The notes below the pieces were generated by a model that worked only from the letters and a program-made list of their open reading frames with translations, was not told where the DNA came from and ran no database searches. 64,000 bases of DNA, taken from assembly GCF_006345805.1 (NCBI RefSeq), contig NW_021832828.1, positions 82,276-146,275 on the forward strand, written 5' to 3'. Below are positions 36,301-49,102 of the stretch, one piece after another. The translations under genes and the position numbers were made by a program. The stretch comes from Octopus sinensis (lineage: Eukaryota). The stretch's first letter is position 1. Each line of letters opens with the position of its first letter.

Positions 36301-39300
36301 TCTTGAGCAAGACACTTTAATTCATGTTACTGCAGTTCACTCAGCCGGTGAAAATGAATAGTACCTGTTATTTCAAAGGGCCAGCCTTGTCACATTCTGT
36401 GTCACAGTGAATCTCTCTCAGAACTAAATTATGGGTATGCATTTCTGTTGAGTGCTCAGCCACTTGTATGTTAATTTCATGAGCAAGCTGTTCTGTTGAT
36501 TGGATCAACTGGAACCTTCATTGATGTAACTGATGGAATACCAGTCAAGACGAAATATTACCTTGTTTGGAAATAGGTTAAGGTTGGTGGTAGGAGAGCT
36601 TCTGAATGTATAATATCTGCTCTAACAAGCATGGAAATGTTAAAACATGGATGTTAAAATAACAAATGATACTCCAGCTTGATTTCCCCTTAAAGCCAAT
36701 GAAGGAGTCTCTATGCAGGTGCTTGATCTGCAGGGTATAGTAGCAGCATCTCCTTAAAGACACACTTTAGTATCTTTAAAAATTAAATGCAAGAAGGTGG
36801 TGAAGTAATCATTATGCCTGAATAAAAAAAAATCAAATACTAAGGGTCATAACTGAAAGTCATATGATCATAGGACTGCCCATTCAAGACTGATCTGGGG
36901 CTAAACAACCATTACAGTTAAAACCTAGTCTGTTGCACTTTTTCAGTTGATATTCTCTTTTCTCCATTCTTCCACAGATACAATGCTCAACATAAATATG
37001 AAGATGCCCTGGAACTACTTTATAAAGGGTCAGTTACACTGCTCCAACACCGTCAGGTTTGTGCTACTCTTTTATATGATTTTAACCCTTAACCCTTTAA
37101 TCTACCTGTTTTATGTTCAGGCTGACCAGATCCAACCTCTCACACCTACCCTACAGTGTTATTCTAAAAATATACAGACACACCTTTGAAATCTTGAAGC
37201 TACAAGGTAATGTGTGATTAATTCAAAATAAGGTGAATAAATGAGCAATACATTTGACAGAAATCTGAATGCTAAAGAGTTAATCTTTCCATTACTATCT
37301 CCTCCCATTTATTTGATTAAATTACAAAGTCATTTTTGAATTTAGTATGAACTTCCCCTTCCCAGTCCTCTGTATTCTCTCATGTACTCACTTTTGTATC
37401 TTGAGAATATTCTCTGACAGCTTGTTACCACCATCTTTGTCTTCTTTCCAGCTACTTTTACACATCCTTATATATATCTCTTTACTACCCACAAGAGGCT
37501 AAACACAGAGGGGACAAACAAGGACAGAAAAAGGGATTGTCGATTACATCGACCCCCAGTGCGTAACTGGTACTTAATTTATCGACCACGAAAGGATGAA
37601 AGGCAAAGTCAACCTCGGCGTAATTTGAACTCACAACGTAACGGCAGACGAAATACGGCTACGCATTTCGCCCAGCATGCTAACGTTTCTGCCAGCTCAC
37701 CACCTTCGATCCTTATATAATGTTCCTATAACTGGCACTCTGTCAGTTATGACAACAAGAGTTCCAGTTAATCTGATCAGTGGAACAGCCTGCTCATGAA
37801 ATCAATGTGCAAGTGGCTGCATGTTCCTCAGACACGTGTAGCCTTAACATAATTCTCAGGGAGATTCAGCGTGACACCAGTGTGACAAGGCTGGCTCTTT
37901 AAGATACAGGTTCTGCTCATTTTTGCCTGCTGAGTGGACCGGAGCAATGTGAAATAAAATGTCTCACTCAAGGACACAATACATTGCTGGTAATCAAACT
38001 GACAACCTTACAATTGTGAGCCAAATGCCCTAACCTAAAAAGTGGTTGGCTTTATGAAGAGTATCCTTACTGGTAAGTAAGGTAAAATTCAGTGAAAAAC
38101 AAAATAATTAAAATTTTGTTTAAATATCACTGTCTAAAAATTTAGTTGTAGGCAGAATGGTTGGTGTCTTTCTCAACCATGCCCCACACATAGTAATCCA
38201 TGGGATTACAATTGGGGTTGGGGGATTAGGGAGGTCCGAAATTGGATCTGTTGAAGTTGTAGAAATTCTCTAACAACCACTTCTGGCTCTTTCTGGTGAT
38301 ATGGCCAGGAGCCAAATCCTGCTGTTACACATGGCCTTCCAGCAGCAGCCCCTCCCAGCCAGGATTTGACTAGTCTCTAGTAGCTTAACATCGCTGTCTG
38401 AATTGAGCCCATGACCCTATTCAAAGATGTGGGGATGAATTCTGGTGTGCTGACATGATCAGAATACTGTGTCCCTTCTTGCTAGCCACAGCTTTGTAGT
38501 CTATGTTGCAGCTGTGCATGTCACATCTTCCAATCTTTACAGTAGTGTTCACAGAGCATTGAATAGCAGTCTTGATGTTGGCAATTTGATACCCAACATA
38601 AATCATCATGAAACCTAACTCTTTTCTACATCAGCTAACATTTTCTCACAACTTTAATCTTTATGCTCTCCATTACTGTTGACTGTTCACTAGTATATCA
38701 TGCTGTTCCTTGAAAAGGGAGACATAAAAAATTGTCAAATTTAACCCAAACACCCTGTGTATTTATGACCAAAAAAGTTACACAAATCTTATGTAGATAT
38801 ATCAAAGTCCATAGTTTGTTTTTGTTTTGTTTACATTGTATAGCAATTTGTTTTTATGGAACTCTTGAATAAACAAAAGTAAATGGACAATTTGATCTTG
38901 TTCTACATTCTTTGGTGAAGCATGCTGGGAAGTAGCTTTCATTTACATTATTTTATACGTGATCATTAGTCCATGTTTTGGAAAAGCATCTTGTTTGGAA
39001 ATATTTGTGTTAACAGTTTAGCTGAATATATAAATTTACAGAACAGTATGAAAAATAGGCGTGAAAGCAAAAGTGGTATCTATGCTGTTACTCAGTATGC
39101 TAGAAGTAGTAGCTAAACTCCCTAAACTTACACTTGCACATTGGTTAATATCGTCCTAGATACACTATGCTGAAGGTAAGATTGGATAGTCAGTCTTGAC
39201 TGGAATGTCTTGTAGTCTACTGGATCAGGACTGGTCTAGGGTTAAACAACAGTGGTGAGAAAAATCAATATTTTTATATCACTATCTTTATATATCTCAA

Positions 39301-40743
39301 CTCAATAACTGAAAGTAAAAATTAAAGAATGTAGAGGAAAACCTCTATATTGTCACTTCCCTGCTAGAAATAGCAGCCTAATTTCCTACATATTATATAC
39401 TACCCACAAAGATGGTTTTAGATACATGGTCTGAAAAAATAACATAGAATGATCATAGCTGTAATATCCTTTCTGATTGTAAGTCTCCTGGATCTGGAAT
39501 GACCCTAGATTAAACAATCACCACCAGGTAAATTCGGAAGAAAATAATCAACCCACACATGAAATTGTTGAGATTCTTCTATCACATGGCCATCTTTGTA
39601 GAATCATGGTGATATACAAGAGTTGAAAGATGAGAGGTATTTTTGGAGCTGAATCTCTTACTTCAAGTATTCGTTGTTGTGGAAATGTTAAGTAAACAGA
39701 CCAACAAGTGCCTTCACATTTGCAGGTTATTTCATTTCTCACCACTGTATAATAGAGCCTATTGTTTCAGCCAAGCCAAGGTATGTAATCTCAGTAAGCT
39801 CATTCTCTGTGCAGCTGAGGTGAAAATGTGAACAGCTATGTTTCACACACAACTTTAAAACAAACTGTTACCTGAAACTTCTAAATTTGAATCTTGTTCT
39901 GTATCTGAACCTGGGAGTGATTGTTGTGCTGTGGTAGCTCTCAACATACGCTGTTGCATAAATCTTGCTAAGCATCTATCGACGTCCATGGCATATAGAC
40001 GGCGTGAACTACTTGATTCACATATATTTCAATGGGTCTTTCATATTCTTCTGCACTTTGTAAACACAGCATAGCATGATATTGTTTAACCCTTTAGCAT
40101 TCATTCTACTCTGTCAAATATAATGCTTATGTATTTACATTATTTTGAATTACGCATGCATTGTCTTGTTGCTTTGAGATTTCAATGATATGATTCGTTA
40201 CTTTTAGAATGACATTGTAGAGTATGTGTAAGAGGCAAAATCTGGCTAGTTTTAACGTAAAATAGGAAAAATATTTGGGCTGGATATGGCTGGTTTAAAT
40301 GCCAAAATGCAAAACCTATGACATTTAATTATTTAATTTATAAAATAATAATAAAATAATATACCTTGTGAGTGATTTGTTAGATAGAAACTGAAAAAGT
40401 GTATGTGTGTGTGTGGTAAAACATCTGCTTCTCAATCACATGGTTCTGGGTTAAGTCCCACTGTGTGGCATCTTCGGCAAGAGTCTTCTGTTGTAGCCTT
40501 GGGCCAACCAAAGACTTGTGATTGGATTTGGTTAACAGAAACTGAAAGAAGCCTGCTGTGTGTTTGCCCCCTACCACTGCTTGATAACCAGTGTTAGTGT
40601 GTTTACGTTCCCATAACAGCAGTCCAGCAAAAGAGACTGATAGAATAAGTACGAGGTTTAAAAAAAAATATTGGGTTTAATTTGTTCAATTAAAATTCTT
40701 CAGGGTGGTGTCTCAGCATGGGCACAATCTAATAACTGAAACA

Positions 40744-40779
<36 letters not shown>

Positions 40780-41392
40780 GTTTGAAATTGAACCAATCCT
40801 ATGACTGGCACCCGGCAGTTGCCAGTGCCGCTGGACTGACTCCTGTGCAGGTGGCAAGTAAAGAAACACCATTTCGACCCTGTGCTTGAGGGAACCTATT
40901 GAGTCAAGTACATCAACATCAAAAATCAATGGAAATTGTAGTTGTGATCCCTGTGCTGGTGGCACGTAAGAAACACCGCCTTGACTAGCTTCCATGCCGG
41001 TGGCACATAAAAAGCACCAATCCGATCGTGGCCGTTGCCAGCCTCTCCTGGCACCTGTGCGGGTGGCACGTAAAAGCACCCACTACACTCTCGGAGTGGT
41101 TGGCGTTAGGAAGGGCATCTAGCTGTAGAAACACTGCCAGATCAGACTGGAGCCTGGTGCAGCCTCCTGGCTTCCCAGACCCCGGTCAAACCTTCCAGCC
41201 CATGCTAGCATGGAAAACGGACATTAAACGATGATGATGATGATGATAGGTATAATATTGTTTGGGAATTAAGAAGGTCACTACTTCCCAACAATGTGGT
41301 TTGGGGTTCAGTCCTACTGCATGGTACCTTGGGCAAGTGCATCTATTAAAGACTTATGAGTGGAATTGGAAAATGAAAACTGAAAGTTCATC

Positions 41393-41433
<41 letters not shown>

Positions 41434-44400
41434 AGATACACATGCGTGCATGATTACATGTATGTTTGTGTCTGCTTCTCTTGACATGATGTGATAGTTG
41501 TAAATGAATGTTATTGTTACAGAAGTGCTATCAGTTGATTGGTTGTTTCCAGTCTTCCGAGAAGGCATGTCCTGGAATGGAATGAAAACAGGTGAGTTTT
41601 AGTGACAAGAAGGGCATCTGGTTGTAGAACATGTATGTATCTCAATAAATTTTGTCTTGCCAGTGCAAGCTTGGAAAGGAGGACATTAAAAGAAAACAAT
41701 TGTATGTGTGTACATAGATATACACATGCATAAAAATACAGGGGTTGGACAAAATAATTGGAACATGTGTTAAATTTAATGAATATTTATTTAATACAGA
41801 GTTGGTCCTCTTTTAGCTTTCTGAACAGCTTCATTGGATCTAGGAATTGATTCATACAACTTCCTGACTTCATTGAGAGGCATCTTGAGCCATTCTTCCT
41901 GCAAAACCTGCTCCAGTTATTGTAGACACAATAGTGGAGGGTAACGACTTCTAACTTGTCACCCCAAGATGCACCACAGATGCTCAATAATATTAAGATC
42001 TGGAGATTGAGTGGAGGGAGGGGGGCACTCCATGTGTTGTAGCTCACTACTATGCTCTTCATACCGATTCTTAACCACATAAGAAGTGTGTATTGGAGCA
42101 TTGTCATCTTGGAAGCTGCACTCACCATCAGGGAATATGGGAAGGACTTGATTTCCCAAAATATTCAGATAATCATTTCTGTTGATCCTACCATGCGGGG
42201 GCACGATTGGACCAAGAGAATTTCAAGAAATGTTTAACAAAAATATACCGTAGTATTTTGACAGCACACTGAAAATAACAAATTCAATGGGTACTATTCA
42301 AAGGAAATTAGTAGTAAGACTTGCATCACATTGAAAATGTGGAGGAAGTATAGGAACCTAAGAACATGTGATGTTAGTGATGTTTGTAATAAATAAGGTA
42401 ACATGAAAGAAATATTAGCTTCAAATTTTGACACAAGGCCAGCAATTTCAGGGGAGGAGCACAGTCGATTACATTGACCCCAGTGCTCAACTTGTACCTA
42501 TTTTATCGAGCCCGAAAGGTTGAAAAGCATAGTCGACCCTGGCAGAATTTGAACTCAGAATGTAAGGATGGATGAAATGCTGCTAAGCATTATGCCTGGT
42601 GTGCTAATGGCTCTGCCAGCTTGCCATCTTGAATAAAAGAAATATTGGAATTATATACTCAGGAGTGGCTGTGTGGTAGGTAGCTTGCTTACCAACCACA
42701 TGGTTCTGGGTTCAGTCCCACTGCGTGGCACTTTGGGCAAGTGTCTTCTACTATAGCCTCAGGCCAACCAAAGCCTTGTGAGTGGATTTGGTAGACGGAA
42801 ACTGAAGGAAGCCCGTCGTATATATGTATATGTATATACGTGTTTGTGTGTCTGTGTTTGTCCCCCAACATTGCTTGACAACCGTGCTGGTGTGTTTATG
42901 TCCCCGTAACTTAGCGGTTTGGTAAAAGATACCGATAGAATAAGTACTAGGCTTACAAAGAATAATTTCCGGGGTCGATTTGCTCGACTAAAGGCAGTGC
43001 TCCAGCATGGCCGCAGTCAAATGACTGAAACAAGTAAAAGAGTAAAGAGAGAGTATACCACACACACACACAGTTGCAGACATGACCATGTTGTTATAAG
43101 TTTGTTTCCCATCCACATGACTTCAGGTTCAGTCTCACTATGTGGCACCTTGGTCAAGTGTCTTCTTTATTCCTGGATTGACCAAATCCTTGTAAGTGAA
43201 TTTGATAGAAAGAAACTGAAAGCACATCGTATATTTTTTTGAAGCTCATCATATATATTTCGATGCATATTTGTGTGTATCTTTGCATTTCCAACATCAT
43301 CTTGTGTTTGCTTATTAATTGTAAACAATGGCCTTGCTAACTGTGTCATTTGTTTGCTGTAGGCTGTGAAAACGTGCGGGTTTCTTGACATGTTGCATGA
43401 TTTTTCTAAACAGAAGGTTCATCCACACAGTTTCATGTTTCCAGTTCGCCATGTTGGCACATCTGGGTTGATAGCTGTTCAGTAAACTGGGAGATTATTA
43501 CCCTACTAATGAGGTCACCTTGTAACTTACAATGAGCCCCTGTGAAGGAGATGGAGTGGATGATTTAAGCAAGGTGTTTAGAGGTTCAAATATGATGGCA
43601 GGGAGTAAGAACATGCTTATTGTTTGTGGAGAAGATTCATGGTTACTTTTGTATTTTACATGGGTGGATGGGGAAGATTGGAAGGGGGCTAATTTTTATC
43701 AATAATATTGTTTTCTGTTATCACATATCTAATGTTACATTTGGTTTTGTAATAGAATGTATATTTTTATCTATTTACAAACATGGACTCTTTTGTGTTG
43801 ATTCACCATTTGAGGAGTCCAGAGCTATACAATAAAGCTGTAGTTCCTAACCTTTTACAGGCTTCGCCTCCTTGACAACCAGACCACACTCCTAGTGCCA
43901 TCTCCTCTCACTACCACAAACATAGACCACTTTTATGGTGGCGAGCTAGCAGAAACATTAGCACACCGGGCGAAATGCTTAGTGGTATTTCGTCTGCCGT
44001 TACGTTCTGAGTTCAAATTCTGCCAAGGTCGACTTTGCCTTTCATCCTTTCGGGATCGATTAATTTAAGTATCAGTTACACACTGGGGTCGATATAATCA
44101 ACTTAATTCCTTTGTCTGTCCTTGTTTGTCCCCTCTATGTTTAGCCCCTTGTGGGCAAAAAAAAATTTTTTTAAATCACTTTCTGCAGCAAATTTAAAAA
44201 CAGTATTTCACAAATAAAACTTAACCTAATTAACACATTATTATTTTTTTTATTAAAAAATAAAATTTTTTTTACCATGCATTGCTCCCTTTTGGCCACC
44301 CTTTTATTGCCTACTTTTCTTCAGCACCCACACTGGATCTTTCCACTGTCCCCAAGGGGGCAGTATCACCCACTTTGGAAGCCACTGAAATTACATAGGC

Positions 44401-46074
44401 TTCACAGAAGACTCCAATTGCTATGAAACAAGAAGAAAATAATGTGCCAGTTGCTTTGTGTAAAAGTAAATACACAAAAAAAAAAAAAAAGATGCCATGT
44501 GAGTAACCTAGTGGTACCATTTCTCTGTCTTCTTCATTCTCAGATGAAGCCCAAATGCCTAAAATGATAGATGCTATATTTGTCACTGCATTTGAATTTA
44601 ATTGTACTGTTCTGTGAATCTTCCCAAGCTGTGAACAGTTTTCTCTCATTCCAGGTTCTAGCACCTGCATTAAGCAAGTCCTTTTCTATTGTTACACAAC
44701 ATGTTGTGATAAGTGGTGTAGCCTTGTGAAGAGGTTCATAAAAGTTTTAAGTTTTATTGCATCCTGTAACTCTTGACTGAAGTGCAGAAATATTACTCCA
44801 GACCCTTCCAAAATCTCTATATATAAACGGCAAAATGCCTCTGTGTGTGTGTCCTTTATACAAATTCACAATCTTTCAGTTAGAGGGTCGCACTTTCTAT
44901 GGTCATTCAAAACCGTCCAAGGGTGGTCGTGCACATCTTTACATTTCCCCAGTCACCCCGTAAAGACATTAAAAAATCAATAGAAGTGATTTTTGGTGAA
45001 TTTTCTATCCAAAACCCAATCAAAATACCCGAAACTTGATACGCCAATTGAATGCCAGCTAGCTGTATGTGATTGATCGGAGATTTGGACAGTACTCGCG
45101 TGTATGTGCACACGCACGCAGCTGTATATGCATGCACTAACACTATGACCCAGCGTTGCCGGGTCATAGTGCTAGTATCTTATATTATATTCTTTTCCTT
45201 TCAGCAAACAAGTGGTACAGACTTAGCTTCTCTGTTCATTAATACGTTAACCAGTTCATCTTCTCCTGTATTAGAAGACCCAGTTAGTAAGTTGTTTTCT
45301 TCTTTTCTTTACGATGCTTGCTGACTTTATTTTTTTCTCTTTCACGTTTAACTCTCTCTTCTCTACTCTCTATCCTGCACACCATTTTTTCTCTACTTAA
45401 CTCTCCTTCTCCAAGTCTTTCTCCCTCCCATTCCGCCAAGTTTTTCTCTCTTTCTCTTCCTCCAGCTTTTTCTCCCTGTCTTCTCGCTCATTACCTGCCT
45501 TCTCTCCATGCTTTCCCTCCCTCTTTTCCACTATCCTTTCCCTTTTCTCTAGTCTTCCCTCATCTGTGTGTCTCCCTCCCTCCCTCTCTCTCTCTCTCCA
45601 TTTATTAGCTCAACAAGGGAAGCTTTATATACTATCTTAACCTGCTTGAAATATCAGCCAAATTTTTCTCAAATTACCTTCTATTGGACACATTAAATCA
45701 GTGATTCCCTGCATGGGGGATATAGGCCCACCAGTAGGGCCTGGGATAATTGTGGTGGGACATGGGATCCAAATTTTTTTCCTTCTCTTTTTTTCAGTTT
45801 GACATAGAATTGTGAAAATGTTTTTTTCCGCAGCAAACATACTACACCTATACACTTTTTCCAACCACTGGTGGGACGTAGACTTTTCTGGAAAATTATA
45901 GTGGGGCCTAGGGAAAAATAGGTTGAGAAACACTGCATTAGATTTTGGAGTTCTGGAAAGTCTGTGGTTGGGAAAGAAAAAAACCAAAAGGAAAAAAAAA
46001 GAAAACAGTTATAGCTGCAGCAGTTTGGATCACAGAATGACCTGTTACAACACAGTTTTTTGTATGCTGCTGCA

Positions 46075-46165
<91 letters not shown>

Positions 46166-46770
46166 CTTTGGTTATCTCTCTTCAGGAATAATGGTAATAT
46201 GCAACTATGAAAATAAATTTTCATAATTGCATTTTATTGAACATATTAATTGAGATGTGAATCAAGCTACACTTAACTCCTCCTTCTTCCCCCGATTCTT
46301 CCTATCTTCTGATTCCTTCCATCTCCCTCTCAGTAAATTAATCAATATTCTATAGTGTTCTATTGATTGGCTGTTTTTTTTTTTTTTGAAATCCATGCTT
46401 CACTGCTTATGAGTAACAAAAACCCGAAGCTCAGTAACAACTCCATCAATCCTTCTACCAACCAACCAGCAGCAGCAGCAACTGACTGACTGGCCACTTC
46501 ACCCAGTCACCCACCCACTGATCCAGTCCACCCTCATATCCATTCAGCCAAGCAACAAACCAGCCACCCAACATTTTTATCCATTGGAAATCCTTCCTGC
46601 TGATGTTGACCTTACCTTTCATTCTTCCCATATTCATAAATTAGCACCATTTGTACAATAGGTTAATTTAATCCCATACCCACAATACCTTGTTTGAATT
46701 GCTTGAAAGAAACTTTTTAGAAACTCATCTCTCTCCTCTTTCTGATATATATATATATATTATATATATA

Positions 46771-46842
<72 letters not shown>

Positions 46843-47517
46843 GTTATGCAGGTATAAGTTAGAGGTGTTTAAAACCTCTAAGGGATAGATCTATCCAAAG
46901 GCACTCTTGGTAATTACCTCAGTCGATATAGTTCTTGGTAAAAGGTATACGGTAGCAGGTAATTTAGCATATAAACCGTAGTTTACAGACGAAAAGAAAA
47001 TGGAGGAAAAATATAGACAAAAAAAATGGAGGAAAAATAACAATAAGAAGTGTGTCTTTTGCGCTAGGAAGACACACTTCTTATTGTTATTTTTCCTCCA
47101 TTTTCTTTTCATCTATATATAGAGAGTGCCTACTTTTCATGCTCCCATGGGTTAGATGGTTCGACTGGATCTGCACTAGGCTTCAGTCAGATTTGGCATG
47201 ATTTCTATGGCTGGATGCCCTTCCTAATACCAACCACTCCAACAATGTAATGTGTGGTTTTTACATGCCACCGGCATGCGTGCTAGTTACGTGATACTGG
47301 CATCGGCCACAACTACAATTTCACTTGGCTTGATGAGTCTTCTGAAGCACAGCTTATTGCCAAAGGTCTCAGTCACTTGTCATCATCTCTATGACGTCCA
47401 ACTTTCGAAGATCATGCTTCATCACCTTGTCATGTCTTCCTGGGTCTACCTCTTCCACAGGTTCCCTCCACATTTAGAGATTGGCACTTCATTACACAGC
47501 TGTCCTCATCCATTTTA

Positions 47518-47563
<46 letters not shown>

Positions 47564-49052
47564 TATGGTATATTCTGTTAAGAACGTAGTAGATACAGTA
47601 TAAAGCTTGTCTACCTTCAGATTTACTCTGTGCTAACCAGTAGTGGTATTATATGTACTTCCAGGTTTGCGTTTGGGCTTCTGTTGTGTGTGAATAGATA
47701 ATTGAAGAAACTGGAGTTGACTCTAATTTTTCCAATTATATACACACACACGTTTTGCGACATTCCTGATGTGAAAACCTGTTGAAACAGATATTGTTGT
47801 ACTTGGGGATACTCTTTTACTTGTTTCAGTCATTTGTCTGTGGCCATGCTGGAGCACCGCCTTTAATCGAGCAACTCGACCCCGGGACTTATTCTTTTGT
47901 AAGCTAGATGTTAAACAATGTTTATGATGATAATGACAACAATAGTTTGCTCATCAATATTTGATGATGGTCTAACAGTGCTAGACAAGCACAAAATTAT
48001 TTTTTTAAAAATAAAAATGAGAAAGAGTGCCATGCACATCTGATTCACTTTTCCTACCTGATATGTCCAGAAGCAAGGTAAAATCAAGACAGCTGTGTGT
48101 GGTATCAGTTTGTTTTCAACAGCTAGGCTACAATGATTAGATAGTAAAGGAATAATTATTTTAAGATCCTAAAACTAAGGTGTCATGTGGAAATTACTGG
48201 TGCCAAATAAAAAGCATCAAATACACTCTGGAATTGTTGACATTAAGGAATGGAATCTAGGTGTAGAAACCAAGACAAAATCTGTCTTATGGAATCTGGT
48301 GTGGCCCCTGGCTTTGCCAGTCCTTGTCAAGCTGTCCAACCCATGCCAGCCTGGAAAACGGACGTTAAATATTGATGATGATGAAAATATCTAATTAATT
48401 TAGAATTATTTTAGTCCCAACACATGATCCCTGATCAAATCATTTAAAAAAAACAAGGGTAATTCACAAATTTCAGTATCTTTCCAATTACAAAAATGTA
48501 TTCTTGCTTCTTTATATATCTTTCTCAAGTACAAAATTTCATTTACATAATTACTTAATTTCCAATTTATTTTACATTTCTTTCTTTTATTTTTTCTTCT
48601 TCTTCAGATAAAGTAGCTCATTTGTTTCAATGCATGGAAAGTGACAACCCTGGCCGGCAGGTTTATTTAATCGAGTCCATAAACTGGACTATCAAAGTTG
48701 ACCCTAAGTACAAATCAGGTCATCCTATTTTACACAAGAAGTATGGTCTTATTTTCTGGACAGGTAAATATCTCTATTTGTGCTGTCTCTTATGTTGTAT
48801 ATATCTATCTATCTATCTGTCTGTCTCCAATCAATCTTTCTTCTTCTCTCTCTCTTTCAATATATATATATAAATATAATATGTGACAATTATTCGGTAG
48901 CCCTGATAAAACTCCGAGTTTCGGTATCCGAAACTCGTAGTTTTATCATGGCTACCGAATAATTGTCACATATTACATTTACAGATAAATTCCTCTATTT
49001 GCATAATATCGAGGTCTCTTTCATTCTTTTGTTGTATTACCATTTTTATCAC

Positions 49053-49102
<50 letters not shown>

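Noticed and set aside
44400-44800. piggyBac-like transposase remnant on the minus strand (FMNLFTRL...GMRENC)
   Set aside because: Similarity is limited to a few residues and too degenerate to support.
45693-46210. ORFs with CVCV/HTHT runs (and the many YIYI/IYIY ORFs across the window, e.g. 62985-63348)
   Set aside because: Translations of (CA)n and (TA)n microsatellites.
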